A stretch of DNA of 64,000 nucleotides from Eledone cirrhosa (taxonomy: Eukaryota), in contig OZ024750.1 of NCBI GenBank assembly GCA_964016885.1, positions 51,088,001 through 51,152,000 of the forward strand, given 5' to 3'. The notes beneath the pieces are model-generated. The model searched no databases. It was given only the letters and a program-made list of their open reading frames with translations, and was not told where the DNA came from. A program made the translations under genes and the position numbers. Positions 40,651-53,375 of this stretch are shown one piece after another (positions within the stretch are counted from its first letter, which is position 1; the number at the start of each line of letters is the position of its first letter).

Positions 40651-40689
40651 TGAACAAGTTCTTTCATGCTTTCGCAATCTTCAGGTTCA
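40651..40689 (-). ncRNA. Minimal type I hammerhead downstream of the minus-strand Penelope fragment
   Basis: UGAAC-CUGAAGA-U UGC GAAA GCA U-GAAA-GAAC-UU-GUUCA. Confidence 0.82.
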
Positions 40690-41079
40690 TATTTACAGCC
40701 AAGTTTGCAATGTTCAACTGTAATGCGATGGGTAAATTTTGTGCTTTATATACAGTCAAAAGCGGCTTCAGAATGCTAAATTTTGCAAACTGTATTTCGA
40801 CCAATCGGTGTGTAGTTTCACTGGATTACTAAAGCTGATTGGTTCAGGCGTCATGGTTTGTTGAGAATGTCTCACGACTTCTATTTGACCCTATCCAAAC
40901 CATCAATTGTTTGCTATATTTAGAAATGATGAAAATAGCATTTTCTAGGGTTTTTATAAAAGGTCTTCAATAATCATCACATCAACATCACTTTTATTAT
41001 TATTATTGTTGTTGTTGTTGTAAGTGGTGGTAGTCGACATGGTCATAGTCATAGTAGGAGTAATACCCCTAAGAATTAT

Positions 41080-41750
41080 TATTGTTCATTTAGCTTGGGT
41101 TGGAATTTATCAATAAAATTCTTTTCTTTGATTTTTCTCTTGATTTCACTTGGGCTGTGTAATTTGTAGAATGTTTATATTATATATATTTTCTGACCAC
41201 ATGTTACTAGATGGTTACTCAGGAGTATCTGACGGACATTTGGGTCTCTGATTTGCTGTCGGTGCACCCGTACACCTTCCGATAATGCAATTCCAGTTTG
41301 ACCGACATATAGTCCTTCATAATTCGGGCATTTAATGCAGTAAATTCGGTTTCTGCTTTTGCAGTTCATATTTGCATTTGGGAATATTTTTCCAGTTTTT
41401 GTGTTCATATATTGACCGGTGTGTATGGATTGACATGTGCCACATCGACTATCATTGCATTTAGATACAGTGAATGATTGGTCTTTGTTGTTAAGGTCAA
41501 ACTTTGCTTTTGTTAGTAATTGCTTCAAATTTTTCGGCTGTCTTTAACTAAGAGTCAACGATTGGTCTGTGATTAAGCCTTTTAATTCATTACTTTGAGC
41601 AATGAACGGTAGGTTTGCTATGGCAGATATTCTGGTGACATGGGTTGTATGTCATTATAAATGGTATGACCAGTTCTTGGTTTCTTCTTCCTTGGGTTGT
41701 CCTAGGTTGTTGTATAGGTATTTTTATAGTCCGCTGTATGCCATTTTGTA
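41080..41750 (-). pseudogene. Penelope GIY-YIG endonuclease fragment
   Basis: KC..RCGTC, IYCIKC..LYVGQTG..RV..HRQQI, ending FIDKFQPKLN. Confidence 0.85.
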
Positions 41751-41762
41751 TAACTAGAGACA

Positions 41763-41825
41763 TATTTTATCTGCTGAAAACGTAGTGAAGCACCATTGTA
41801 CCTTTGAAATATGTATAATAAAATA
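41763..41825 (+). ncRNA. Hammerhead motif with CUGCUGA core
   Basis: UAUUUUAU-CUGCUGA-AAA..UUU-GAAA-UAUGUA-UA-AUAAAAUA. Confidence 0.6.
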
Positions 41826-41867
41826 TATACTCTGGTTATGATATTTCTCATTTATTAATATTTTGAA

Positions 41868-41917
<50 letters not shown>

Positions 41918-41924
<7 letters not shown>

Positions 41925-42360
41925 ATACTTTGAGCGGGTCATGTTGCCAATAGGAAACACGCGCACAAGTTGCTTTCACTCCAATTTATTATAAACTAAA
42001 AAAATTTTTATTTTTTATTTTTCAACACGGTTGTTCATATATTGTCAAATATATTTCGTCACACATTCTGTGACCTCTTCAGTGACTGGGGATTATTTTA
42101 TTTGTTTTGTGCCTCTCTGAGATGTCACAGAATGTGTGACGAAAGAATTTTGACAATATATGAACAACCTTCCGGTTGCGGAACCAACTGACCAACCGGA
42201 AATTTATTTTTTTATTTTTTTTTTTTATTTATAATAAATTGGAGTGAAAGCAACTGTTGCGTGTGTTTCTTATTGGCAACATGACCCTCCCAAAATATAA
42301 CAATATCGGTTTCAACACACGTTTTCAGATAAAGAATCTTGCTAACCAAATTCAGAAACG

Positions 42361-42365
<5 letters not shown>
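41918..42365. mobile_element. Fold-back element with hammerhead
   Basis: Inverted arms ~41918-42082 and ~42116-42305; the terminus resembles the 35455/44370 pLTR end. Confidence 0.7.
42044..42086 (-). ncRNA. Minimal type I hammerhead
   Basis: GUCA-CUGAAGA-G GUCACA GAAUG UGUGAC-GAAA-UAUA-UU-UGAC; degenerate plus-strand copy at 42116-42154. Confidence 0.75.
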
Positions 42366-42398
<33 letters not shown>

Positions 42399-42560
42399 GG
42401 TATATATACGTTTAAATTTGGGGGTTTACCACTGGGAATAATTTGTCATTCTGCAATGTTAACCGTGACATTTCATGAGAAAAGCACTCGACATTATCCA
42501 ACTCAACTTCAATGTTGAATCATGTTGGTGGTGCGGCAATGGTGTATATGTATTATAAAG

Positions 42561-42654
<94 letters not shown>

Positions 42655-42657
<3 letters not shown>

Positions 42658-44370
42658 TTAGTTTTGCGAGGTTTTTTATATAAAATCGTGTGTCGAAACA
42701 AATATTGTTATACTTGGGGAGGGTCATATGTGTGTAATAATATTGCGAGAATTAATAACAGAACACACTCACTGTTTGGTTGGTTTTCGCTTCTGTGTCT
42801 TTTATATAGTCGAGTATAACTGTAACTATCGACTACCCTTCCAAACACCCTAACAATTGACTACCTGTATTAGACACGGAACTCTGGATTAACGCTATAG
42901 ATGAGAGGGCCCAAATTCTCCACTCACACTATGCTAAACCCATGGCCTCCAAATACCTGATACTCAAAACTCAGCAATGTCCAGTAGTGCTAAGTTTATT
43001 ATTCTGATCGCAGACTTTGTACGAGTGATGAAGAACGTGTCCCGCATGTGCGACCCAACAGAAATGGAAAGACACATCCAACACTTCATCAACCGCATGC
43101 AGTTCTCTGGCTACAACCAAAGAGACAGAATCAGAGTATATGAAGGAGCCACGGAGAAGTATAAGACCCTCATAGAACCGGACATGAAAGGAATTTGCCC
43201 ATTATACAGGAGCAAATCATGGAATAGCTTAGATAGGACTAGACATAAGATAGGGAAAGCCACCTCATGGTACGACGACCAGCGATACCAGAGTGTCATG
43301 TTTCTGGACGCTACCCCTGGAGAGAAATTAGCTAACCAGTGTAGTAAGGCCCCGAGAAAGACCCACTTAAAGATTAAGGTGGTAGAAAAGCTAGGAACCA
43401 CCATAAAATCCCTGATCAGCAAAACCTACCCTTTTAAGAAAACCCACTGTACTAATAGGAAATGTATCATATGTAGAGTAAACCCCCGGATAAACTGTAA
43501 AACTAGAAACGTAGTCTATAGCATAAGATGTACAGAGGGTACTTGCAGAAACATGACAACAACATACATAGGCAAGACAGCCATAAGCTCGTAGCATAGG
43601 TGAAAGGATAGACCAACACTGGGGGGGGGGGGACTGAAAGAACTAAAAAACGGTTCAGTACTATACGAACATGCCAGGCAACAACACAACGGTAACATAG
43701 ACAACATAGAAGTTAGAATAATATCTAAACATAGAAATGACCCAGCAGATAAGCAAATCAGAGAGGCCAGCGAAATAGAACGTAGAAGGCCAAGGCTAAA
43801 CAGAAAAAAATGAATGGAATAACAACAACACCCAAACAAACAACACTGACCTAAGAGAAGTATAAATACATAAATAAATAAATAAATAAATAAATACATA
43901 CACAAGCACAATAACAACAAACACATATAAACACACACTAGTAAACTAAGATAGAATACATTAACCAATACACAGTCACACAAACAAGAACACACATCAA
44001 ACAAAACACAATACACACACGCAAACGCATGCGCAGAGAAGACAAAAAAATAAACAAATAAATAAATAAATAAACAGACTAAATAAAGATGGCGTAAGGA
44101 TACAATGCAACGAGAGGAAACATAATAGCAACACTCACGATGTTGCAGATGTGCAATGAAAGAACTTTGATGGACTATATATATGTGTTTGTGTCTATAT
44201 TGTATCTGTATTTTTGACCGTTGGTCAGTCAATGGCAACATTGAGGACCTAATAAATTAAATTAACCGATATAAAAGACACAGAAGCGAAAACCAACCAA
44301 ACAGTGAGTGTGTTCTGTTATTAATTCTGGCAATATTATTACACAAATATGACCCTCCCCCAGTATAACT
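42655..44370 (+). mobile_element. 5'-truncated Penelope-like element with inverted 5' pLTR
   Basis: 42707-42808 is inverted at 44268-44370; GIY-YIG ORF inside; degenerate HHR at ~44129-44172. Confidence 0.82.
42860..43812 (+). pseudogene. Penelope C-terminal domain plus GIY-YIG
   Basis: LPVLD, HYAKPMAS, SAM, SGY, C..C..C, NVVYSIRC..YIGKT, S.LYEH, RQIREA..I. Confidence 0.85.
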
Positions 44371-44657
44371 ATATATATACACAGATATGTGCATATATGT
44401 GTGTATGTATGTATATTTTTATATGTATATATATGTGTGTGTGTATGTGTATGTATGTATTTCCTTTTCTCACTAGTCAGTTCTTTCGTTGCTACAGATC
44501 ACGCGGCTAAACTAGCGGTCGCTATTTTCAATTTGCAAAGACCTTTAAACTGTATGTTATTACTCTGAGGTTTATTTCTTATCGAGTGCTTGGCTCCACT
44601 GCTGAAGGCATTCGTTGGCTTGGCTGCTGATCAAACTTCGAATATGCTCTACTATTG

Positions 44658-44704
<47 letters not shown>

Positions 44705-44744
44705 ATGTATATCAGAATGGAGGCGGAAAACACCAGTTTGACCA

Positions 44745-44910
44745 TTACTCACCCTGACGGCTGAGCTTTGGCCGTTTCAACAGCTAGATTCGAACTGAAC
44801 CACCGGTATTCGGGTAACGGACATTTACCAGCTAGATTCCACGGCCCGAATACCGGCACTCCAGTTCGGATACCTGTGTTGAAACGGCCAGACCTCAGTC
44901 GTCAGGGTCC
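44745..44910. mobile_element. Fold-back half-hammerhead insert, distant relative of the 18690 pLTR
   Basis: Both arms read GAAACGGC...CUCAG(C/U)CGUCAGGGU. Confidence 0.55.
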
Positions 44911-45150
44911 CTAATTTGTCACTCTATTCTATCTGTCAATTTTTCTTTAATTCCTCATTCTATCTTATGATGAAGGACTAGCGTCCAAAACGTCACGAGT
45001 CTTTTCTTGCTATATCAAGCGGTAAACTGGTATATATCTTTTTTATACTGCATTGTTTTCTTTGCTATTTTCCGTTTACTTTTTACGTATGCCCCCTCCC
45101 CACCTCCGACACAAACTCACACACATAATATATATAAATATATATATAGA

Positions 45151-45288
45151 GAGTCCAGAATTAGCCGTCGAAACGGCTTGAGCTCAGCCGTCGGGGTCTT
45201 ACTGGTTCCTAGTACCCACTCTACTACCCCAAGTATTGAGTACTTTGGTGCGTTATGGTCCACCTGGTTCCTTACCACATTTCCTTCG

Positions 45289-45291
<3 letters not shown>
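45151..45291 (+). mobile_element. Truncated pLTR 3' copy
   Basis: Matches 18690-18830. Confidence 0.8.
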
Positions 45292-45329
<38 letters not shown>

Positions 45330-46694
45330 TTCAAGGATCGGAATTAAGAGTATTCCGCAGTTCACAGTAATAATAATAATAATATTAGCTGAAAGAAGAA
45401 TAGAGAATTTTCTTCTGAGCTCGGATACAAATATATTACACAAATAGAAGTGTGTTACACAGTGAAATGTGTTACAAGTGATTTTTACCGTTACTGTATA
45501 GACAACAATATCTACAGGTTTAATCCTTTACACATATTTCACTGTGTAACACACTTCTATTTGTGTAATATATATATATATATGTACCACAGATACGATC
45601 TCACTCTGCCTCGTTAATGTTCAATCAACACCAAAGTTCTACGTTCTGGGCAATAGAATTGAATCCAACCACCGACAACATAGTTGGATGACCGATAATC
45701 ACACCAAACCGGAGTACTGTGATCCTTGTGATTTCGAGATATACAACCACCGATAGTGTAACGAAGACCAGAAAACCATACTCCATAATATTGAACCAAG
45801 TGATTGATTTGAGCGACCAAAATAACACCACACACATATTGGGTCGGCAATGAACTAGGAATACTGGATCCTCCGTCAATGTCTGGGTGAGCAAAAATAG
45901 ATTTCTATCTGCATTGAAATTTACGAACTTGTGCATCTGCTGTGGTGTCAAACACAAACGCACACGACCGCACAGATTAGCAATGGACTATACCACGCGG
46001 GTTGAACTTGCAAGTGAATTGAAGGATGTGTAACTCTGATATACAGATTATTTATTATTAAGATGTATAAACTTGACATAACTATTATCATCTTATATTC
46101 TCTCAACTAATCACATTTGATTATATTTCTCTATCCCGTTTTCTCCACCCATATTTATAATATTTTTATTTGACAAAATCGTTTTTTTTTACATTGTGTT
46201 TTTGCCTTCTAATACTTGCTTATATTTTTTTATATATTCTCTATATATTTTTTTATCTTTATCCTTATTTTCACTATTATTCTCCTTTATATTTTACCTT
46301 ATTTTTACTTTTATACCTTATTATAGTGTAATCTTCCCCATGCCTTATTATTAATTATAGATTAATTATAGGTTATTATTATTACTCTTTTTCCATTTCT
46401 AATTACCTCATGTACTTTCTCCTCCGTTATATATATATTATATGTCCTTTGTGTGTGTGTAGCCTCTGCACACCCTCTGCACCCTACTATCGACGCCACC
46501 CCATCTATGGTTCAGCTAACCACTCGACTCCCGGGAATGAATATGACCGCAGCTAGTAAATAAGGACCCACACCCTACCCTCCCGCACCAAAATTAGACT
46601 TATCGTCCCCTGCTTTTGCTCTTTACTCTCTTTACTCTTTGTTCTTGAATGTTTGGTTGGTAAAGTCCATAACACCAATCAAACCCCTTTTATA

Positions 46695-46739
46695 GCTCTG
46701 AAGAATCCTACGGTTACGTAAGGAAGAAACATTGTAAGC
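46695..46739 (+). ncRNA. Type I hammerhead motif
   Basis: GCU-CUGAAGA-A UCCUACG GUUA CGUAAGGA A-GAAA-CAUUG-UA-AGC. Confidence 0.72.
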
Positions 46740-46808
46740 CAATAAAAATATTTTTATGTTGTAGACGCTCTTGTGTTCTTTATCATATATATATATATAT
46801 ATATATAT

Positions 46809-46941
<133 letters not shown>

Positions 46942-47120
46942 ATCTACCAAAATATACGGTAGTGTCCAATCCGTATGAAGAACTCAATGTAATCCAAATA
47001 TCATGAAAAGAGAAGATGTATTAAAAATGTTTTCGATGAAAAACACAGAAAAACAGAGTCAAGATAAATTAATAAAAATAATGAATAAAAACAAAGAAAG
47101 AGTTCCTTATATTAAAAAAT

Positions 47121-47259
47121 TCATCATTTTACGATCGTTTCTAGGATATATATGTGTGTGTTGGTATGTATATCATATGGATCTATGAAAAAGTTTTACA
47201 AACTATCAGAGGGAATATACATACCTACACATATATATGCTGTCTTCAGAAATAATGAA
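47121..47259 (-). ncRNA. Hammerhead with ~100-nt helix II (fold-back partner at 47265-47394, plus strand)
   Basis: UUCAUUAUUU-CUGAAGA-long stem (GGUAUGUAUAU/AUAUACAUACC)-GAAA-CGAUCG-UA-AAAUGAUGAA. Confidence 0.72.
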
Positions 47260-47449
47260 GACTGCATGTTTCTGAAGACAGCATATATATGTGTAGGTAT
47301 GTATATTCCCTCTGATAGTTTGTAAAACTTTTACACAGATCTATATGATATACATACCAACACACACATATATCCTAGAAACGATCGTAAAATGATGAAT
47401 TTTTTAATATAAGGAACTGTTTCTTTGTTTTTATTCATTATTTTTATTA

Positions 47450-47488
<39 letters not shown>

Positions 47489-47574
47489 GGAGGTGAGTTT
47501 TTTTGTAGCACAATAAAGCAGTGCAAATATCGGATAAGTAGCACTCTACAGTTTGTAGGAATGGAGTATAAATA

Positions 47575-47712
47575 ATTGTTTTTACTTTTGGTACAAGGCC
47601 AGCAATTATCCCAGGGTATTACTGGTACTTTATTTTATCGACCCCATAAGGATGAAAGGCAAAGTTAACCTCGGCGGGATTTGAACTCAGATCGTAAAGG
47701 GACGTAACTATG
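47575..47712 (-). mobile_element. SINE, partial copy
   Basis: Conserved body and B box. Confidence 0.8.
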
Positions 47713-47714
47713 GA

Positions 47715-48900
47715 GTATAAATAATATAAGATCAAAAGATGGTTAAAAGAGTTCCTCTTTATCACTTCCTTTCTTCCTCTTTTCTTTTTAATTTCTAACC
47801 TCTAATCTGTACTTTTTCTTCCTAACTACTTCTCAATTCTTATCATTACTCACCACAACATTATCCATTCTTCCATCTTTCCTCATATCATTGACCATAA
47901 CAATTATTATTATTTGTTTTAATACATTATAGTATTAGCTGTAATAGTCCTTCGTAAACATAAACTTTTTTTTTTTTTTGACATTAGATTTTTCTTCCTT
48001 AAATTCCTTATCTCATCCTTTCATGCTCGTTTTGACTTTTACATATTATAATACATAAAAACAAATTTAAAACCTAACTCATTTCTTTTAATATATTATA
48101 TTATTACCATTAGAAAATATTTCGTAAACATATATATTTTTTGATGTTAGATATTTTCTTCCTTAAACATTCTTTTCTTCGTTGCCTTCTGCGCTCATTT
48201 TTAAACAAACTATTTACGTACACATATTACGCACACATATTACATTACATAAAAACAAACTTAAACCCTAACTAATTCCTCTAAATTCATAACTCATTCA
48301 TTCTTCTACTTCTTTTCACATTATATTCTTAATAACATTAATATTTTTATTTGAATAATACATATTAATAATTTCTTTTCCTCGCACATATTATTAAACC
48401 CTTCAATATACAAACCTTAATTTAATATTATTCTTAATTCCTTTTTCTCTTCATGCATAAACCTCATTAACTTTTAATTTCAAATACTTTTAAATTATCT
48501 ATTATCTTCCAACGGCTTTTTAACTTCTCTCTGTGAGACAATATTTTTTTTTCTCAGTTATAAAGGCTATCCCTCTCTGTCTCTATCACCCATCTCTACT
48601 TCTCTCTCATCCTTCCTTCTTATACTCCTCCTCCACCATGCTTTACTCTCATCTCCTCCTCTTCCTTACCTTTGCCAACCCCCCCTCACTTTTTCCCAAT
48701 CTCATACATCAATCTTAAATTATTTTTCATATGTTGATTTAATACTTCACTATTCACAAGTGTTTTTTAAGCTTCATATCATGTATCCCTATTTTATCTG
48801 ATGAAAACGCAGATATCATCCCATGATGATATTTGTTTTTGAAATACGCATAATAAAATACTTGGAACTCTTTTAACCATCTTTTGATCTTATATTATAT

Positions 48901-48902
<2 letters not shown>
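47715..48902 (+). mobile_element. Non-coding AT-rich pLTR-like element with ~40-bp inverted ends and a 3' HHR
   Basis: 47715-47755 is inverted at 48865-48902. Confidence 0.65.
48790..48860 (+). ncRNA. Type I hammerhead motif
   Basis: UAUUUUAU-CUGAUGA-AAAC GCAGAUAUCAUC CCAU GAUGAUAUUUGU UUUU-GAAA-UACGCA-UA-AUAAAAUA. Confidence 0.88.
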
Positions 48903-48964
<62 letters not shown>

Positions 48965-48966
<2 letters not shown>

Positions 48967-49157
48967 GAAAAAGTATGACCCCGACGGCAGAGCTCAAGCC
49001 GATTCGACGGCTATTTCTGGACCAGAAATAGCCGTCGAAATGGATTGAGCTCTGCCGCCGGGGTCAGACCTTTTCCTATTTCCCACTCTACTACACTAAG
49101 TATTGAGTTCTCTGCTGCGTTATGGTCCATCAGGTTCCTTACCATAATTCCTTTGTT

Positions 49158-49158
<1 letters not shown>
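48965..49158 (+). mobile_element. Half-hammerhead fold-back pLTR copy
   Basis: Homologous to 4886-5082. Confidence 0.75.
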
Positions 49159-49245
<87 letters not shown>

Positions 49246-49264
49246 TTCCTTACCACAATTCCTT

Positions 49265-49379
<115 letters not shown>

Positions 49380-49381
49380 CT

Positions 49382-49457
<76 letters not shown>

Positions 49458-49484
49458 TACCATCATATTACTTGGACAGTCGCC

Positions 49485-49529
49485 TTCCTGATGATTTCTC
49501 CCGAATGAAACAGTTCTAGTCCTGTAGAA
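49485..49529 (+). ncRNA. Type I hammerhead in an ~90-bp insert between (TA)n tracts
   Basis: UUC-CUGAUGA-U UUC UCCC GAA U-GAAA-CAG UUCUAGUC CUG-UA-GAA. Confidence 0.78.
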
Positions 49530-49560
49530 CCCTTTCTATATTAAATATATATATATATAT

Positions 49561-49809
49561 ACTAGCAAGGCCAACCGGTAAGAAACCCAGGCGTAGGCCC
49601 CGAGCAAGATGTAGTTGAAGAAGAACTATCAGCTTGGCTGGTCATGGTTGGGGATCCAGGCTGGATCGATTGGAGGGAGTTGCTTCGGACAAGACCCGCT
49701 GCAGGGAGTGTTCGAGGAATTTGCCCATACGACACTACGAGTAAATAGGCAATGAAGAAGAAGAAGAAGAAGAAGAAGAAGAAGAAGAAGAAGAAGAAGA
49801 AGAAGAAGA
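49561..49809 (+). mobile_element. RTE-like LINE 3' end with (GAA)n tail
   Basis: Translates LARPTGKKPRRRPRAR, followed by a short UTR and a (GAA)n run. Confidence 0.55.
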
Positions 49810-49862
49810 CGACTATATATTCCCAACTGTTTTCAAGTCCAGCAGTCGCAATTGTGGGAGGG

Positions 49863-49906
49863 ATCGCCCTGATGAGAACCAGTTCAGTTCGAAATGCATC
49901 GACGAT
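49863..49906 (+). ncRNA. Minimal type I hammerhead (AUC)
   Basis: AUCGCC-CUGAUGA-GAAC CAGUUCA GUUC-GAAA-UGCA-UC-GACGAU; outer stem UCCAGCAG/CUGCUGGA. Confidence 0.85.
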
Positions 49907-50058
49907 TGTCTCCCTTGCTTCTGCTGGACACTACCAGAGGGCGTTAACCCCGGTGTTTTTTGTATAGCTACGGCTTTCTAAATGTTTATCTGTAAACATA
50001 TACGAAATTTCTATACATATCTGTATACAGCTATGCCTGAAACTAAATTATAATTCTA

Positions 50059-50097
<39 letters not shown>

Positions 50098-50318
50098 AAT
50101 GAAAGTACAGCATATTCGAAGTTCGAGCAGCAGCCAAGCCAACGAATGCCTTCAGCAGTGCAGCCAAGCACTCGACAAGGTATAGACCTCAGAGTAATAA
50201 CATACAGATTAAAGGGCTTTGCAAATTGAAAATAGCGACCGCTAGTTCAGCTGCGTCATCTGTAGCAACGAAAGAACTGACTAGTGAGAAAAAATATATA
50301 TACATATATACATACACC

Positions 50319-50408
<90 letters not shown>

Positions 50409-50560
50409 AATGCTCTGAAATAGCGATATATATGTGAAGACAAACATAGAATATTCGAAAATATTCTGTATGTTTATAATAAACATTTTGAAGACCCAAT
50501 CGCTATAGAATAGAATACGTCACGTATTACAATTTGAGATTCTCGATAAAAGCAAGGGAA

Positions 50561-50603
50561 GTAACCTACGCGTTTCATTCTTATTAGAAATCATCAGGAT
50601 TAC
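50561..50603 (-). ncRNA. Minimal type I hammerhead
   Basis: Reverse complement of 51434-51476. Confidence 0.9.
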
Positions 50604-51121
50604 ATATCCAATGCTTTTATCGAGAACGACACAGCTAGAGACTTATAGAATACTTAGCTGTGTACAGGAACTGGTTTGAAAGAGCGGTAGCCGGTCCGGC
50701 AGAAATTAGAAATTGGATTTAATGCTCTGAAATAGCGATATATATGTGAAGACAAACATAGAATATTCGAAAATATTCTGTATGTTTATAATAAACATTT
50801 TGAAGACCCAATCGCTATAGAATAGAATACGTCACGTATTACAATAGGTTACTTCCCTTGCTTTTATCGAGAATCTCAAATTGTAATACGTGACGTATTC
50901 TATTCTATAGCGATTGGGTCTTCAAAATGTTTATTATAAACATACAGAATATTTTAGAATATTCTATGTTTGTCTTCACATATATATCGATATTTCAGAG
51001 CATTAAATCCAATTTCTAATTTCTGCCGGACCGGCTACCGCTCTTTCAAACCAGTTCCTGTACACAGCTAAGTATTCTATAAGTCTCTAGCTGTGTCGTT
51101 CTCGATAAAAGCATTGGATAT

Positions 51122-51164
51122 GTAATTCTGATGATTTCTAATAAGAATGAAACGCGTAGGTTAC
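51122..51164 (+). ncRNA. Minimal type I hammerhead
   Basis: GUAAUU-CUGAUGA-helix II-GAAA-CGCG-UA-GGUUAC. Confidence 0.88.
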
Positions 51165-51433
51165 TTCCCTTGCTTTTATCGAGAATCTCAAATTGTAATA
51201 CGTGACGTATTCTATTCTATAGCGATTGGGTCTTCAAAATGTTTATTATAAACATACAGAATATTTTCGAATATTCTATGTTTGTCTTCACATATATATC
51301 GCTATTTCAGAGCATTAAATCCAATTTCTAATTTCTGCCGGACCGGCTACCGCTCTTTCAAACCAGTTCCTGTACACAGCTAAGTATTCTATAAGTCTCT
51401 AGCTGTGTCGTTCTCGATAAAAGCATTGGATAT

Positions 51434-51476
51434 GTAATCCTGATGATTTCTAATAAGAATGAAACGCGTAGGTTAC
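51434..51476 (+). ncRNA. Minimal type I hammerhead
   Basis: GUAAUC-CUGAUGA-U UUCU AAUA AGAA U-GAAA-CGCG-UA-GGUUAC. Confidence 0.92.
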
Positions 51477-51745
51477 TTCCCTTGCTTTTATCGAGAATCT
51501 CAAATTGTAATACGTGACGTATTCTATTCTATAGCGATTGGGTCTTCAGAATGTTTATTATAAACATACAGAATATTTTCGAATATTCTATGTTTGTCTT
51601 CACATATATATCGCTATTTCAGAGCATTAAATCCAATTTCTAATTTCTGCCGGACCGGCTACCGCTCTTTCAAACCAGTTCCTGTACACAGCTAAGTATT
51701 CTATAAGTCTCTCGCTGTGTCGTTCTCGATAAAAGCATTGGATAT

Positions 51746-51788
51746 GTAATCCTGATGATTTCTAATAAGAATGAAACGCGTAGGTTAC
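51746..51788 (+). ncRNA. Minimal type I hammerhead
   Basis: Identical to 51434-51476. Confidence 0.92.
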
Positions 51789-51908
51789 TTCCCTTGCTTT
51801 TATCGAGAATCTCAAATTGTAATACGTGACGTATTCTATTCTATAGCGATTGGGTCTTCAAAATGTTTATTATAAACATACAGAATATTTTCGAATATTC
51901 TGTTTGTC

Positions 51909-51980
<72 letters not shown>

Positions 51981-52576
51981 TGCACATATCTGTATATATA
52001 AAATACCTGGACCAAAACTTCGAAATTGTAGAATATCTAAGTGATGTTTCTGTAAATCTGAAATCAACAAAATCCGCTTGTGGTGTATACAAGTTAGGTT
52101 TCTGGAAGATCGAACAGAGGACTTACTTTCTCAACAGGCTTTCGTTCTAACATAGAGAGAGAAAGAGCGTGTGTGTATGTGTGTGTCTGTGCGTGTGTCT
52201 GTGTGTGTGTACATTTTTCAAAAATATTTCTTCGGTGCTTCAATACGAAACTCATCGCCATGATTTGAATACTGAATAGAAGAAAAAGCCATAGAACATT
52301 TAATCAAAATTATATATATATATATGTGTGTGTGTGTATATATATGTATGCATGTATGTATATATGTGCGCTTATACGTTGTATCCACCTACTTATTTAT
52401 CTATATATATATATGTGTGTATTTCTGTGAGTGTCTGTGTGTTTAGGCATTGTGTCTACGTTTCTATCTATCTATTTATCTATCTATCTCTTTCTCTCTA
52501 TATATATAAATCTCTCTCTTTCTCTCTATATATATACCGAAAAGAAACACACAAACTGACACACACACACACACAC

Positions 52577-52617
<41 letters not shown>

Positions 52618-52779
52618 TGTGTGTGTCAGTTTGTGTGTTTCTTTTCGGAAGCTAAGTAAAGAGAATTATTAAAATAAAAAAAATATCAAAACAGAAAGAA
52701 AGGATGTCGGTTGTCCGTAGAAGGGAGAGAGTGAAATGTGTGAAGGAGAGAGTTATAGGGAGAGGAGGGGCAGTAAGGA

Positions 52780-53375
52780 AGTGGAGGGAGATGGCAGAGT
52801 GACGACTCCCAGAACGACACATTGTATCACGTAACGTAATGAGCAGACGTCATGTGACGCGAGAAATATACAAGAGTAGAAAACAAAATATTTCTTTGTT
52901 ATATTCTGTCGTTGTTGTAATTCCGTTCTTGGTTTTCGTTATCTCCTTATAATATATAACCAGCAATTTCTCTGTGTGTCTGTCCGACAGTGGAAACACG
53001 TGCGTAGAGAGAGAGTGAGAGTGAAAGAAAGAGACAGACTACGAGAGGGGGATCGCGGGAGGGAGAGAGGGAGAGAGAGTGAGTGAATAGACGCTAAAAC
53101 ACGTGCTACAGAAATATTACCTTCCCCTTCCTTTATAGAAACATTACCTTCCCCTCTCCACTGACTTTGGTCACTGAGACCGAGGGAATCGCTGGTTGCT
53201 ATAGAGACACCTTGCACAAGCCAGAAGTAACCAGTTCGAGGCGGTTCTGACTTGACACCATGCGAAGAAGGTTGCCATAGAATTTGTGGTTTGAAGAAGG
53301 TTGCCATTGAATTTGTGGTTGTTGCTGCTGATAATAAGGACCATTTGAAGAAGGTTGCTGCTGATGAGGTAATTT
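52780..53375 (+). promoter_or_regulatory. Possible promoter and first non-coding exon
   Basis: Unique, CpG-retaining sequence with ACGTCA/TGACG/CACGTG motifs, a GA-rich tract and a donor-like GAG|GTAATT at 53368/53369. Confidence 0.3.

Larger units (their letters stand above)
50401..51912. mobile_element. Retrozyme-like array: ~1.4 inverted plus ~3.4 direct 312-bp units in (TA)n
   Basis: Near-identical units; inversion junction at ~50845; four HHRs. Confidence 0.92.

Noticed and set aside
44964-44998. HHR-like ATGATGA-GGAC/GTCC-AAAACGTC
   Set aside because: Two core positions are mutated and helix I is poor; at best a dead remnant.
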